A DNA stretch of 64,000 nt from positions 6,001-70,000 of the forward strand of contig DAINMX010000002.1 in NCBI GenBank assembly GCA_036736205.1. Direction: 5' to 3'. A model generated the notes under the pieces. It ran no database searches. It was not told the DNA's origin and worked only from the letters and a program-made list of their open reading frames with translations. Below, piece after piece: positions 1 through 9,794 of this stretch. The translations under genes were made by a program, and so were the position numbers. Source of the DNA: Myxococcota bacterium. GTDB taxonomy: Bacteria; Myxococcota; XYA12-FULL-58-9. How positions within the stretch are numbered: the first letter of the stretch is position 1; every line of letters starts with the position of its first letter.

Positions 1-162
1 TTTGCTGGTGAGCGTCAACACCACTCGAGCGACTGCGTTCTGGAAGCCGAAGGAGTTGTTCTTGAGCGTTTCGTCCACAATCTGTTGTGCTGTCATCTCC
101 GCGGCATCCGCACGACTACCGAAAAACAAGACAACAGCAAAGACCACACTGAGCTTACTCAT
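1..162 (-). CDS. Partial CDS (N-terminal 54 aa; continues beyond window start): exported LolA-like outer-membrane lipoprotein-sorting family protein
   Basis: Reverse complement of 1-162 gives MSKLSVVFAVVLFFGSRADAAEMTAQQIVDETLKNNSFGFQNAVARVVLTLTSK. It has a signal peptide and resembles the N-termini of LolA-like/DUF4292 proteins. GGAG sits 7 nt upstream of the ATG at 162-160. This gene is not in the ORF track because its stop lies outside the window. Confidence 0.45.
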   Translation of the reverse strand, partial: MSKLSVVFAVVLFFGSRADAAEMTAQQIVDETLKNNSFGFQNAVARVVLTLTSK

Positions 163-196
163 TCGTCGCTCCTCATAAAGAACCATTGAACAGGGG

Positions 197-2182
197 TCAG
201 ACCGACTCATCGTCTGTGTCTCCCAAGCTCTCTTGGCCACTCTTCTCCGCATCAACCGAAGAATCCTGAGAACCGAAATCGAGAATCTTCGAACTGCCAA
301 CGTACGCCTTCGTCTCGTAGGCGGTGATCTGACCAATGCGCCTGACAATCTGCGCCATTCTGTCCGTCTCCCGATAGATTACATCGACGGGCTTCCGGTT
401 CGCATCTCCCTCAGGGATGCGACGGCGCAACATTTCCGCATAACCGAGAATTGACGTCAGAGGCTGATTGAGCTCGTGAGCCGTGGCACCGGCGAGTTCC
501 ACAGCGACGACCTGCCGCTCAGTGTTCTTGAGCCGTCGTTGCACCTGACTGAGCTTCTCCTCCATCTTCAACAACTCACGCAGATCGGTAAAAATACCGA
601 CGGTGGCGATCTCTCGCTCTCCCTCGTAGATCACCGACGCTGTGAGATTCACCGGCACGAGGATCCCATGCTTGGACACCAAGTCTTTGCGGGTCATCTC
701 CAAACGCCCCGCACCACCAAATGCCTCCGAACGCAACCGGCGCATAACGTCGCGGGCTTCCCCGGGTGGATACAATCGCGCCACATTCATCTTGCCCACC
801 ACGTCGCGGGCCGAGTAACCGAGAAAATCTTCGGCAGCCCGATTGAACAGGATGATGCGACCATTGATATCAGCGGCGACAATTGCGTCAACGGAGCTCT
901 GAATAAGGTTCTCGAGAAACTCTTTGGTTTGACGCAACTCTGTTTCGATCTCTCGCAATTCCGTCACATCACGAAAACTCACGAGGACACCGTTTGGCTG
1001 TTCCAACGCTCGAATCGCCGCAGAAATGACAATCTCCTGCTCACCCTCAACGGGAACCAAGAGGTCGATATAACCGTACGAGTCACCGACCTGGTCCCCG
1101 CGAATCGCTCGACGTGCAAGAACGTGCGAATCTGCGTTCAACAGCTCGACAAACCGTTTGCCGCCGAGTTCCCCCACCTCGCACCGGAGGATAGAGCCCG
1201 CGGCCTCGTTGGCATAACGGATCACTCCATCATCGTCTGTGACGACGATGCCATCGTTGGCTTGGGCGAAAAAATTGGAGAACTGCTGAAGTCCGGCAAC
1301 GCGTTCATCGGCCTCTGCCTTCTTGCGACGCAACGCTCGATGTTCACTGAGCAACGTATCCTGCTCCAACGCTGCACCAATGGCGACCGAAGTAACCGCT
1401 GCGATGAGCTTTCCCATATGCATGAGCCGCTCTTCGACGCTTCCGAGTGGCTGACTGTCCCTCAGAAACAATGCGCCAACGACCTCGTCTTTGTGCAGCA
1501 GTGGAAACAGCACCGATGCCCGGGGCGTCTGTTTGGCATGTTCGAGCTTGCTGCGCACGCCCGATAGAAGAGTATCCCCGAGCACGTCGGTGATCACCAA
1601 TGGTTCGTGTGAGCCCATCACCGCTCGCAGTTCAGGATAGTCGTCGACGCGAATAACCAGGTTGTCGATCAAAGACTCCTCGTGCTCGGCCACGACAAAA
1701 GCGATTTCATCCCCGGGTTTGAAGAGCACAACGGATACCCGATCGATACTGAACAGCTCGGATAACCTAAGGACTGCAGTGCACAAGACCTCGCCGAGCT
1801 CCGGATGCGAATTGATCTCGGTGATCAGACTTACCAGACCATGGTGAATCTCTGATTGTGTCGCGTTGGCTTCGGCCAGCTCGAGGTCTCGGGACCAACG
1901 AGAAACGCAATGGTCGAGATGTGCTTCACCCATCGCGACAGCATCAAATCCGGCAGCCACACAATCGCTAACCCTCTTCTCATCGAGGGCGGGCAACCAC
2001 GCCATGAGTTGTACGTCGACATAACGAGCCCGTAGCCGCTCAACCAACGCGGCCGAGTGCTCGAACGGGACGGCGACGATGATCAGACGAGCGCCGACGG
2101 GAAGGGCGTCTTCATCATCGTATGCGCGTATCCCTCGGTGGATGATCGAACCAAGGGCAATGATTGCAGCGTCTCCCTTCAT
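197..2182 (-). CDS. Signal-transduction protein: receiver-like N-term, GAF, two PAS domains, HisKA dimerisation/phosphoacceptor domain; no HATPase_c catalytic domain
   Basis: 661-aa ORF. An H-box (ELAGATAHELNQPLTSILGYAEML) lies near the C-terminus, followed only by a ~70-aa acidic/Ser tail. GAF-like and PAS-like segments (DGIVVTDDDGVIRYAN..., VDAIVAADINGRIILFNRA...) are visible. The stop at 197 lies just upstream of the next gene's start at 162, so an ATPase domain cannot be hidden by a frameshift. Confidence 0.7.
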   Translation of the reverse strand: MKGDAAIIALGSIIHRGIRAYDDEDALPVGARLIIVAVPFEHSAALVERLRARYVDVQLMAWLPALDEKRVSDCVAAGFDAVAMGEAHLDHCVSRWSRDLELAEANATQSEIHHGLVSLITEINSHPELGEVLCTAVLRLSELFSIDRVSVVLFKPGDEIAFVVAEHEESLIDNLVIRVDDYPELRAVMGSHEPLVITDVLGDTLLSGVRSKLEHAKQTPRASVLFPLLHKDEVVGALFLRDSQPLGSVEERLMHMGKLIAAVTSVAIGAALEQDTLLSEHRALRRKKAEADERVAGLQQFSNFFAQANDGIVVTDDDGVIRYANEAAGSILRCEVGELGGKRFVELLNADSHVLARRAIRGDQVGDSYGYIDLLVPVEGEQEIVISAAIRALEQPNGVLVSFRDVTELREIETELRQTKEFLENLIQSSVDAIVAADINGRIILFNRAAEDFLGYSARDVVGKMNVARLYPPGEARDVMRRLRSEAFGGAGRLEMTRKDLVSKHGILVPVNLTASVIYEGEREIATVGIFTDLRELLKMEEKLSQVQRRLKNTERQVVAVELAGATAHELNQPLTSILGYAEMLRRRIPEGDANRKPVDVIYRETDRMAQIVRRIGQITAYETKAYVGSSKILDFGSQDSSVDAEKSGQESLGDTDDESV

Positions 2183-2946
2183 GGGTTCGTGTCCCCCTCG
2201 AAACCATACGCCCGCAAGACATTGGGACGGGAATCGAATCGACGGCTCCCTGCCCCGACACCTCGGAGCCTGGCATCACCGCAGAGATCGTCCCGGTAGC
2301 TGGTACAAATCTCTGCGATCACCGCTATGCCGGTCGGCGTAATCGTCTCACCCACCAGAGGTACGTCGACCAATGGCACGTTGGCCCGCGCGGCGATCTC
2401 CCGCACAGCTGGCACCGGACAATTTAACACGCCATGCGCCGTTGAGACCGTACCGCTTCCACTCGGCAGCGGCGCGCAACTCACCCGAGGCGTTCCAAGG
2501 CTGTGGAGCGCCACCGCTATCCCCAACACATCCAATATCGAGTCGAGTTGACCAACTTCGTGCAGGTGCACTTCGTGCGGTCCATCGGTGCCATGCACAG
2601 CCGCTTCAGCCTCGCCCAGGCGGACAAAGATTCGTCGTGCAAGTGCAAGGGCCGCCGGCGGCACGTCCGCGGTGGCTAGAATCTCAAACACATCGGCCAG
2701 ATGACGATGGTGTGGCTCAACAGAGCGAGGAATGGACCGTACGTGCAAAGCCGTTTCGCCATCCACCTCCACGGGCTGCACAATGAGCTCGAGGCCGTCT
2801 ATTTCGAGACTTTTGATCGCGTGCTGAACCACACTCTCCGCGCCGAGATCGCACAACGCACCCAACAACATATCCCCGGCCACTCCGCCCACTGGCTGAA
2901 AATGGAGACGCCTGAGGCGGGGTACACGACTTCTCATGGTCGCCAA
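2179..2946 (-). CDS. LarC N-terminal-domain (DUF111 / nickel-pincer cofactor nickel-insertase LarC1-like) protein, lacking the LarC C-terminal domain
   Basis: 255 aa. FQPVGGVAGDMLLGALCDLG...HHRHLADVFEIL...HLHEVGQLDSILDVLGIAVAL...GSGTVSTAHGVLNCPVPAV matches the LarC/DUF111 N-domain motifs (SGISGDM-LGAL-DLG, HH-H--H, HFHEVGA-DSIVDIVG, GSG-V-TAHG-LPVPAPA). Start and stop overlap the neighbouring genes by 4 and 13 nt. Confidence 0.55.
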   Translation of the reverse strand: MATMRSRVPRLRRLHFQPVGGVAGDMLLGALCDLGAESVVQHAIKSLEIDGLELIVQPVEVDGETALHVRSIPRSVEPHHRHLADVFEILATADVPPAALALARRIFVRLGEAEAAVHGTDGPHEVHLHEVGQLDSILDVLGIAVALHSLGTPRVSCAPLPSGSGTVSTAHGVLNCPVPAVREIAARANVPLVDVPLVGETITPTGIAVIAEICTSYRDDLCGDARLRGVGAGSRRFDSRPNVLRAYGFEGDTNP

Positions 2947-3533
2947 CCGCCCGCACCAGCCATTTGCGCGGCGGCCTGATTGTCGACGACAACAAGCAGG
3001 CGGCCCGCGAACCCAGCTGCAATATCGGCGAAATGGGTCGTCACCACAGTCGCGTCTCCGACACGCTTTTGCACGACGGTATGAAGCACCCCGTACTCAA
3101 AGTCGGGCGGGCTTGGTATGAGATCGCCACGAACGAGACGACCGAGCGCCCCAAGAAACGCACAAAACATGATATTGGCTGTCTCCAACAGCGCGCTCTC
3201 TTCGAGAGAACCTCTCACAATGGCGTCAACCGAACAGTGAGTCAGAGTCGAGGCAAGCTTGCATGCCGACGCTTCGTCGAAAACGGCAAGCAGGCAGCAG
3301 GGAATCTCCCCCTCGACACCCAGCCGTATGGCAATCCCTCGTCGCTGCAGATCTGCGAAGTCCGACAATGCGTCTGCCTCAACCACTTGTGGGACATCCG
3401 GAACAATGCGACCGCCGCCGAGCAGTTGTACCAACGAGGAAAGGGCACTACCGCTGCCAATGTTGACCAACTCGCAGAGAGCATCCCGGACAACTTCTCC
3501 ATTGGCGACTGCTGTGTGTTTCATGCTGCCCAC
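2934..3533 (-). CDS. cheC: CheC-family chemotaxis protein phosphatase (CheC/CheX/FliY fold)
   Basis: 199 aa. ELVNIGSGSALSSLVQLLG matches the CheC consensus E-(L/I)-G-N-I-G-x-G-x-A-A-x-x-L-S-x-L-L. It overlaps the cheA stop by 13 nt. Confidence 0.6.
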   Translation of the reverse strand: MGSMKHTAVANGEVVRDALCELVNIGSGSALSSLVQLLGGGRIVPDVPQVVEADALSDFADLQRRGIAIRLGVEGEIPCCLLAVFDEASACKLASTLTHCSVDAIVRGSLEESALLETANIMFCAFLGALGRLVRGDLIPSPPDFEYGVLHTVVQKRVGDATVVTTHFADIAAGFAGRLLVVVDNQAAAQMAGAGGWRP

Positions 3534-5446
3534 CGAGATCGCAACGCCTTGGGAATATCCAAAATCAGAATCGGTTCACCGTCCCCGAGAATGGTCGCTC
3601 CTGAGAACCAGTCCATTCGGTCAAGTGGATCGCCCAAGGGTTTGACAACAACCTCGTGATAACCGACCACCCTGTCAACTGCCACAGCGGCAAGGTCACG
3701 GCCGTCCTCCATGAGAACAGCTTGCTCTGGCGGGTGGGTTGCCCGCAATCCCAATAGCGTCCCCAAGTTGAAAATGGGTGCCAACGCATGCCTGAAACTC
3801 AAATAGGTGTTTCCACCGGCTTCCTGAATGGTATCGTCACCGGTCTCCCTGACGGCAACAACTTTGGCAACCGGCAACGCGAACAATCTGCCACAGGATT
3901 CAACCAAGAGAACATTGATGATTGCCACGGTGAGCGGCAATCGAAACAGGAAGCGTGTGCCAGACCCAAAGGTAGACTCTATGTCGAGTGTGCCGCCGAT
4001 GGCCTCAATCTTGGCGCGAACGGCATCCATGCCCACCCCACGTCCAGAGAGATCACTCACCTCCGCCTTCGTCGAGAAACTGGGGAGACAAATGAGAAAG
4101 TAGCAATCCCTTGAGCTCATAGCCTCTGCTTGCGCCTCACTGACGAGACCGAGTCGCACCGCACGTTCCCGCAGGACATCGGGATTGAGCCCACGCCCAT
4201 CGTCCTCGATGATGACAACAACAGTGTCCCGATCCCTCGTCGCAGATATGCGCACTTTCGCAATCGGAGGCTTGCCCGCCGCTTCGCGTTCCTGGGCACT
4301 TTCGATGCCGTGATCCAAAGCGTTTCGCAAGGTATGCACAAAGGGCTCATCGAGGTTCTCGAGAATCGCTCGATCCAGCTCAATCTCCGACCCTTCAATC
4401 TCGAGCTCCGCCTCCTTGCTGAGCGAATGCGCGAGATCACGAACCAGGCGGGGATATCTGTCGGTGAGATTACGCATGGGCGTCATCCGCACGGCCATGA
4501 CCTGACCGCGAATCTCACGAATGGTCTTGCCGAGCGCGTCCAAAGTGGTGTGCAGCTCTGGACGAGGCTGATCGGACAAAAGGCTTTCGAGTCGCTCTCG
4601 CAGAATGAAGAGCTCTCCGACGTTATCAATAAGCGTATCCAGTATGTCAGTGCGCACCCGAACGGTGGTGCTCCTCTTCGCTTCCGCGACGGGCTCCGTG
4701 GTCGCTGACTCTGGTGCGGGTTCTGCATTGGCCACCACGGTGCCCACGGTTACTGCAGCGACCTCGCCCACCTCAAGCACCGCGGCACGCAGCTCGTCGT
4801 CGGTCGCCATTGCCTCAACAGTGAAGCGTGCGTGACCACCCACTTGGCCGCCGCGAATCTCCTCCATGCTTGGCGTCGAATCGACAACGCGTCCGAGGGT
4901 CTCCAATCGACGGTGCACCATGAAAAGGCGAACCGCTGGCGTCTTGCACGCATCATCGATGAGGACGTCAATGGAAAGGTGATTCCTCGTCGCTCCTTCA
5001 GAAGGCACCCTCGCCACTGTCACGGTGGATTCAGAACCGGCCGCCGTTGACTTCTTCGCGAGCATTGGCACCTGGGCACCCGCATTGTTGAGCTCCGTGA
5101 GCAACTCACTGTGCGCGGGAATCGCCTGGTCATTGGCCACTGCCTCAACCTGTTGGGCAAGACCATCAACGCCGCGCAACAAAAGATCGACAATGGAGCG
5201 TTCGAAGGCGCGTTTCTCTGCGCGTCCGTGGGAAGCCACGTCCTCCATCTTGTGCGCGAGCGACGCAATCGGATCGAAACCCATGGATGCCGCCATTCCC
5301 TTAATCGAATGGAAGCGTCGGAAAATCTCTTCGATGATCGGTACGGGCTCACTCGTTGATTCGATCTGAACGAGCAACCTCGAAAGGTCAGACAAATGCT
5401 CACGGCTCTCCTCGATGAAGAGCGCCTTGTATTTCTCCATGTCCAT
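3521..5446 (-). CDS. cheA: Chemotaxis histidine kinase CheA (Hpt/P1, dimerisation, HATPase, C-terminal CheW-like P5)
   Basis: HPt motif FRRFHSIKGMAASMGF; ATPase boxes HTLRNALDHGIE, IEDDGRGL, SGRGVGMDAV; C-terminal CheW-like segment. Start placed at MDMEKYKALF (5446) because the ORF's 5' extension would overlap cheY. Confidence 0.9.
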   Translation of the reverse strand: MDMEKYKALFIEESREHLSDLSRLLVQIESTSEPVPIIEEIFRRFHSIKGMAASMGFDPIASLAHKMEDVASHGRAEKRAFERSIVDLLLRGVDGLAQQVEAVANDQAIPAHSELLTELNNAGAQVPMLAKKSTAAGSESTVTVARVPSEGATRNHLSIDVLIDDACKTPAVRLFMVHRRLETLGRVVDSTPSMEEIRGGQVGGHARFTVEAMATDDELRAAVLEVGEVAAVTVGTVVANAEPAPESATTEPVAEAKRSTTVRVRTDILDTLIDNVGELFILRERLESLLSDQPRPELHTTLDALGKTIREIRGQVMAVRMTPMRNLTDRYPRLVRDLAHSLSKEAELEIEGSEIELDRAILENLDEPFVHTLRNALDHGIESAQEREAAGKPPIAKVRISATRDRDTVVVIIEDDGRGLNPDVLRERAVRLGLVSEAQAEAMSSRDCYFLICLPSFSTKAEVSDLSGRGVGMDAVRAKIEAIGGTLDIESTFGSGTRFLFRLPLTVAIINVLLVESCGRLFALPVAKVVAVRETGDDTIQEAGGNTYLSFRHALAPIFNLGTLLGLRATHPPEQAVLMEDGRDLAAVAVDRVVGYHEVVVKPLGDPLDRMDWFSGATILGDGEPILILDIPKALRSRWAA

Positions 5447-5459
5447 CGGAGGCTGAACC

Positions 5460-5843
5460 TCAGGTGGAGCCGCGGGCCCCCAGAACCTTGAGAACCACCC
5501 GTTTGACGTCATCGGGTTTGAATGGCTTGACGATAAAGTCCGCTGCGCCAGCCTCAATAGCTTCCATGACCAGCGATTCTTGACCGAGCGCGCTGCACAT
5601 GATCACCACCGCGTCTTTGTCCAACTCGACGATCTCCTTGGTGGCCTCGATACCACTCTTGAACGGCATGACGATGTCCATGGTGGTCAGGTCGGGTTTC
5701 AGCTCTCGGTACTTCTCGACCGCCTCGACGCCGTTTGCCGCTTGACCTACCACCTCGAACTCATCACCTGCGAATATGTCGATAATCATGTTGCGCATGA
5801 AGATGGCGTCGTCAACGACTAGAACTCGCGTCTTGCTCATCAA
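5460..5843 (-). CDS. cheY: CheY-like single-domain response regulator
   Basis: 127 aa. VLVVDDAIFMRNMI...DLTTMDIVMPFKSGIEATKEI...VIMCSA...DFIVKPF is a typical receiver domain with the phosphoacceptor Asp and the T/K residues. Confidence 0.9.
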   Translation of the reverse strand: MMSKTRVLVVDDAIFMRNMIIDIFAGDEFEVVGQAANGVEAVEKYRELKPDLTTMDIVMPFKSGIEATKEIVELDKDAVVIMCSALGQESLVMEAIEAGAADFIVKPFKPDDVKRVVLKVLGARGST

Positions 5844-6367
5844 TGGACTCCTTGGCGCACCTGTTGGCCAGCGCCAAATTCACGGATCAGTCTGTCGAGC
5901 AAGTGCTCAACATGAATGATATTAATCAACCGCTGGCTGTGCTGCAAAACCCATTTTACACATGGGCCGGTCGACACATCCGCACTGCTCAATTCCCCAG
6001 ACGGGAGAATACTGTGGACTCGGCTTACGTACAATCCAACATTCCCCTTGGCTAACTGCCCCTGCCGCAACAACAGCACACGGGTATCTGGGCCTGGCAT
6101 CGCCGGCACATTGTTGACACCCAATATAGGGGCGGGATTCACCACGGTCACTATCCTGCCATGAAAGTTCATAATTCCCAAGACAACTGTGGGTGCCAAA
6201 GGCACCGGAGAAATAGTCCCAGGTTCAGCTACTTGGAGCAGTTGGGCGACCTCGATGCCGAACACCCCGCGCCGTCCATCCAAAACAGGAGGGTCCCTAT
6301 GCCCGACAGAAGGGCCCAGTTCAAACACGAGGACGGGTCCCCAGCTCTTCTGCTTCTCTGGGCTCAT
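5840..6367 (-). CDS. cheW: CheW coupling protein
   Basis: 175 aa with CheW-like fold motifs ([52 protein letters not shown]). ATGA overlaps with both neighbours. Confidence 0.85.
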   Translation of the reverse strand: MSPEKQKSWGPVLVFELGPSVGHRDPPVLDGRRGVFGIEVAQLLQVAEPGTISPVPLAPTVVLGIMNFHGRIVTVVNPAPILGVNNVPAMPGPDTRVLLLRQGQLAKGNVGLYVSRVHSILPSGELSSADVSTGPCVKWVLQHSQRLINIIHVEHLLDRLIREFGAGQQVRQGVH

Positions 6368-7701
6368 TGGCCGTCGCGGCCCGGCGAACGCTCAGCGGCG
6401 CCCAGGCGGAAACGGGTGACCACAGCTTCGAGCTCGTGGGATAAGTTGGTGAGCTCGACAGCGCTCGACGCCATGGCCTGCATCGAAGCCGACTGTTTGT
6501 CGATCGCCTGAGACACTTGCAGAGTGGTCGTCGCATTGGAGACTGCCACCGCCGAGATGTTCTCGATGGCCTTGACCATTTCACCGGCACCCTCGAGCTG
6601 CTCACGGGTCGCCCGGGTGATCTCGCTCACCACGTCCGCGCCCTTCTGCGCTGTGATTGAGATGTTCTCCAGCGACTGTATGATCGTATTCATGTCTTCG
6701 CGGCCTTCGGCGAGTTCCTTTGTCGACTCGCTCATTGCAACCACCGCGGAGACCGATTCGCTAAGATTCTCGTGGATGAGCGCGGAAATCTGATCGGCGC
6801 TCTTGGCGCTGTTCTCGGCGAGCTTACGAATCTCGTCGGCAACCACGGCAAAACCCCGACCATACTCACCGGCCCGGGCTGCCTCGATGGCGGCATTGAG
6901 TGCGAGGAGGTTCGTCTGTTGCGAAAGCTTGGTAATCACCTCGACGATGTTACCGATCTCCTTTGACTTCTCGCCGAAACGAACGACGCGTGTCCCTGTG
7001 GCCTCAACCTTCTCGAAGACCATGCGCAACTTGTCGACCGCGAGCTTGCCCACCTGGCTGCCGGATTGCGCCGCGGCGGCGGTCTCTCCCGACGCCACCG
7101 CCGCGTCCTCCGCAGAGCGGGCGGTACTCTCGATCCCAGCCGCAATCTGGGAAATAAGTTTCGATGCTTTCGCAACCAGTTCCGCTTGGAGCTCCGCTCC
7201 ATGCCCAATTTTATCGATGGAAATGGTGACTTCTTCGGTGGAGGCGTTTACCCCTTCTGCGGTGCCAGACAGACCCTTGGCACTTTCGGCCACCGCCCGT
7301 GATGTCCGCTGTATGTGAGCCACCAACTCGCGAAGATTCTCGAGCATGTAGTTGATCGAATTGGCGAGATTGTCGACCTCCTCGGGCGCGGATTTCGGCC
7401 GTTGCAAACGTGCATGCTGCGACAGGTCACCACGGGACACGCGGCTCGCGAACTGGGCGAGGTTACGGATCTCACGGGAGAGGGGACCTGCAAGATAACC
7501 GCCCCCAACTACGCCGAGAAGCAGTGCTCCACAGCCAGCGCCAACCCAGGTTGCCCACCGACTGTCGGTCAACGCTTCAGCGCCGAGTGTCACCACTGCA
7601 CTGGCCATGGAGATACCCACGAAGCCGAGTGCAAGTTTAAAACGGAGAAGTCGAACCACCGGGCAATACTGTGGCAAAAAGATCCCTAGGTCAAACCCCA
7701 A
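6364..7701 (-). CDS. Methyl-accepting chemotaxis protein (two TM, HAMP, MCP signalling domain)
   Basis: 445 aa. The N-terminus has two hydrophobic segments flanking a short loop, followed by a HAMP-like linker. The highly conserved MCP hairpin [31 protein letters not shown] is present. Confidence 0.85.
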   Translation of the reverse strand: MGFDLGIFLPQYCPVVRLLRFKLALGFVGISMASAVVTLGAEALTDSRWATWVGAGCGALLLGVVGGGYLAGPLSREIRNLAQFASRVSRGDLSQHARLQRPKSAPEEVDNLANSINYMLENLRELVAHIQRTSRAVAESAKGLSGTAEGVNASTEEVTISIDKIGHGAELQAELVAKASKLISQIAAGIESTARSAEDAAVASGETAAAAQSGSQVGKLAVDKLRMVFEKVEATGTRVVRFGEKSKEIGNIVEVITKLSQQTNLLALNAAIEAARAGEYGRGFAVVADEIRKLAENSAKSADQISALIHENLSESVSAVVAMSESTKELAEGREDMNTIIQSLENISITAQKGADVVSEITRATREQLEGAGEMVKAIENISAVAVSNATTTLQVSQAIDKQSASMQAMASSAVELTNLSHELEAVVTRFRLGAAERSPGRDGQ

Positions 7702-7826
7702 CAGTCGGCGAATCGACTTGCGACGACAGGCCGCTGGTGTAACCTACCCCCCTTGGGATTGGTCGCTGGGATGCATTCGAAAAATGCACCACCCCTACAC
7801 GGGATTGGACGAATGGGCCTGAAGCC

Positions 7827-9689
7827 ATGATGACGAGCAAACAATTGATTGCCTTTGTGGTCTTGGTTCTGTGCGCAGCGTGCGAGCCGGAGAACCTGTC
7901 GAGACAACAGGCCAAAATCGCCCTGACGCCACGCCCTACGGCGACGCAGACGGCGATGAACGATCCGGCGGGCATCGATTGTGGCCAGGTAACAGTCCAC
8001 GGTTTGGACATCGCGACCTTCCGCATCGATAACCTCGGCAGCGCAACGCTCGAAATTGAATCCACCAGGATAGCGTCACAGTCGGGAGGCACTTTTCGGG
8101 TGCAATCCGTGAGCGATCGGGTGACGGCGTACCACACAGACGACGAGGCTGGGGAGTTGGTGATCAGCCTCACTCCCAATGCGGATCAGGAGCCCGCAGA
8201 GGCGACGATCGAGCTCTTGACCAACAGCGGCGAAAACGGCGACGAGACGGCTCACGTCATCGTTCGGGCAGTCGGTCTCTACATCGGCGATCCCAACATT
8301 GAGGTCTGCTACGATGGCACTTGTTACCCAGGCGCCGAAGATTGCAGTGATCGTGGTGATGGAAAGAATATCTGCCAGCTGCCAACTCTCGATTGGGGCA
8401 ACGTCTCCCTCGGCAAAACCTCGACCCGCGAGATTCGGCTGCGCAATGTCCCCAGAGCGGGTACGTGTCTACCGCCGCCGGGAGCCGCGGAGTGCACCCG
8501 AGTTTGCCGATTGACGTTCGACCGCGACCCGAGCCATCAGAACCTCGGATTTGGCTTTGTCCCAGACAACACCGGGTTCGAGTTCCGGGGCAACATCGAA
8601 TTGCCACACGCCCTCGACGTGGCAAACCCGCAATGCGGTCTGGTCAACGAGGAACCGCTGTTGATTCGCTTCAACTCGGGAAACGAAGAAGGTATCGCGA
8701 CCAGCACCCTGGTGATCGAAAACAACGACCCTGATGCCCCACTCATCGAGATCCCGTTGTCAGCCCATGCACGACAGGCCCCAGTCGCGGTGGCACAAAT
8801 TCGTGCCTGCAGCGGCGAAACGGTCCCAAACTGCACTCCCGACGTCACCGACATCCGCCCCCTCGACCGCGTCTATCTCACGAGTGTTGCAAGCTTTGAC
8901 ACCAGCACCCCGCCGCGGGATCTCATCGCCTGGGAGTGGACTGTCGAGGAGTCCCCGCAAGGCGCGAACCCCGATGACTTCGCTCTGCAAGGCACCGATA
9001 CCGAGGTCATGTCCATGTGGCTGCCCCTCGCGGGCCGCTACGTCGCCAAGCTACGAGTCACCAATGACCTCGGCATCAAGAGCGGAATCACCCCCACTGC
9101 CCTGGTCGAGTTCTACGCCATCCCCAACAGCCGGGTGCACATTCAGTTGGTGTGGGATCACCCAACAAACGATTTGGACCTGCACGTGACCTCGACCGCA
9201 ATGGGTGACTTGGTCTGCGAGGCACCCAATGACTGCTTCTGGGGCAACTGCAAACGACAGTGTCTCGAGCCAGACTCAGAGTGTCGGGAACCACCGGTCT
9301 GGTTCGCGTCCGCCAATGCTCTCGAGGGCCCAAACCCGCGCCTCGACATCGACGACACCAACGGCCTTGGCCCTGAAAACACCAACATCGACGAACCATC
9401 TCCCGGCAAATTCCGCATCTATGTCCACTATTACACGCTCATCGATCGCAGCACCGATCCTACCCAGGCGATCATCCGCATCTACATCGACGGACAGGCG
9501 GCCGCAGAATACCGACGGGTGCTGCGGCCGGATGATCTCTGGCGGGTGGCTGAAGTTGAATGGACCATGGACATCGACGGCTCCGAGCAGGCACATATCA
9601 ACATGGCCACGAGCGATGGCCTCGGCCAGGGAGCGCTAAAGAAGATGTACAACTGCTCCCATCCGTTTGACTTTGGTGAGGTGTTTTGA
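7827..9689 (+). CDS. Secreted (signal peptide / possible lipoprotein) cysteine-containing protein, paralogue A of a tandem pair; ASH/DUF1573-like beta-sandwich N-region, conserved ~200-aa C-terminal module
   Basis: The signal peptide MMTSKQLIAFVVLVLCAAC is visible. The C-terminal module IHIQLVWDHPTNDLDLHV...DIDDTNGLGPENTNIDEP..GKFRIYVHYY is shared almost motif-for-motif with the next gene. Confidence 0.7.
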   Translation: MMTSKQLIAFVVLVLCAACEPENLSRQQAKIALTPRPTATQTAMNDPAGIDCGQVTVHGLDIATFRIDNLGSATLEIESTRIASQSGGTFRVQSVSDRVTAYHTDDEAGELVISLTPNADQEPAEATIELLTNSGENGDETAHVIVRAVGLYIGDPNIEVCYDGTCYPGAEDCSDRGDGKNICQLPTLDWGNVSLGKTSTREIRLRNVPRAGTCLPPPGAAECTRVCRLTFDRDPSHQNLGFGFVPDNTGFEFRGNIELPHALDVANPQCGLVNEEPLLIRFNSGNEEGIATSTLVIENNDPDAPLIEIPLSAHARQAPVAVAQIRACSGETVPNCTPDVTDIRPLDRVYLTSVASFDTSTPPRDLIAWEWTVEESPQGANPDDFALQGTDTEVMSMWLPLAGRYVAKLRVTNDLGIKSGITPTALVEFYAIPNSRVHIQLVWDHPTNDLDLHVTSTAMGDLVCEAPNDCFWGNCKRQCLEPDSECREPPVWFASANALEGPNPRLDIDDTNGLGPENTNIDEPSPGKFRIYVHYYTLIDRSTDPTQAIIRIYIDGQAAAEYRRVLRPDDLWRVAEVEWTMDIDGSEQAHINMATSDGLGQGALKKMYNCSHPFDFGEVF

Positions 9690-9727
9690 TCGCAGGCACT
9701 CCGCCGGCTTCATTGCACCCCAAGGTA

Positions 9728-9738
9728 CCGTCCTATAG
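9728..9738 (+). promoter_or_regulatory. CCGTCCTATAG element (candidate -10 region) 57 nt upstream of the paralogue-B start; identical 11-mer recurs upstream of ftsE
   Basis: Exact 11-nt identity between 9728-9738 and 15448-15458, both shortly upstream of plus-strand gene starts. Promoter function is inferred only. Confidence 0.25.
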
Positions 9739-9794
9739 AGGTGTTTGATTCTGTGGGGTTACCTGCAACCATGACAACAGCGTCGGAGGTATGG

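Noticed and set aside
2179-2946. Possibility that the gene after cheC is cheD (classical cheC-cheD pairing)
   Set aside because: The protein is 255 aa and lacks the CheD GLGSC deamidase motif. It matches LarC N-domain motifs instead.
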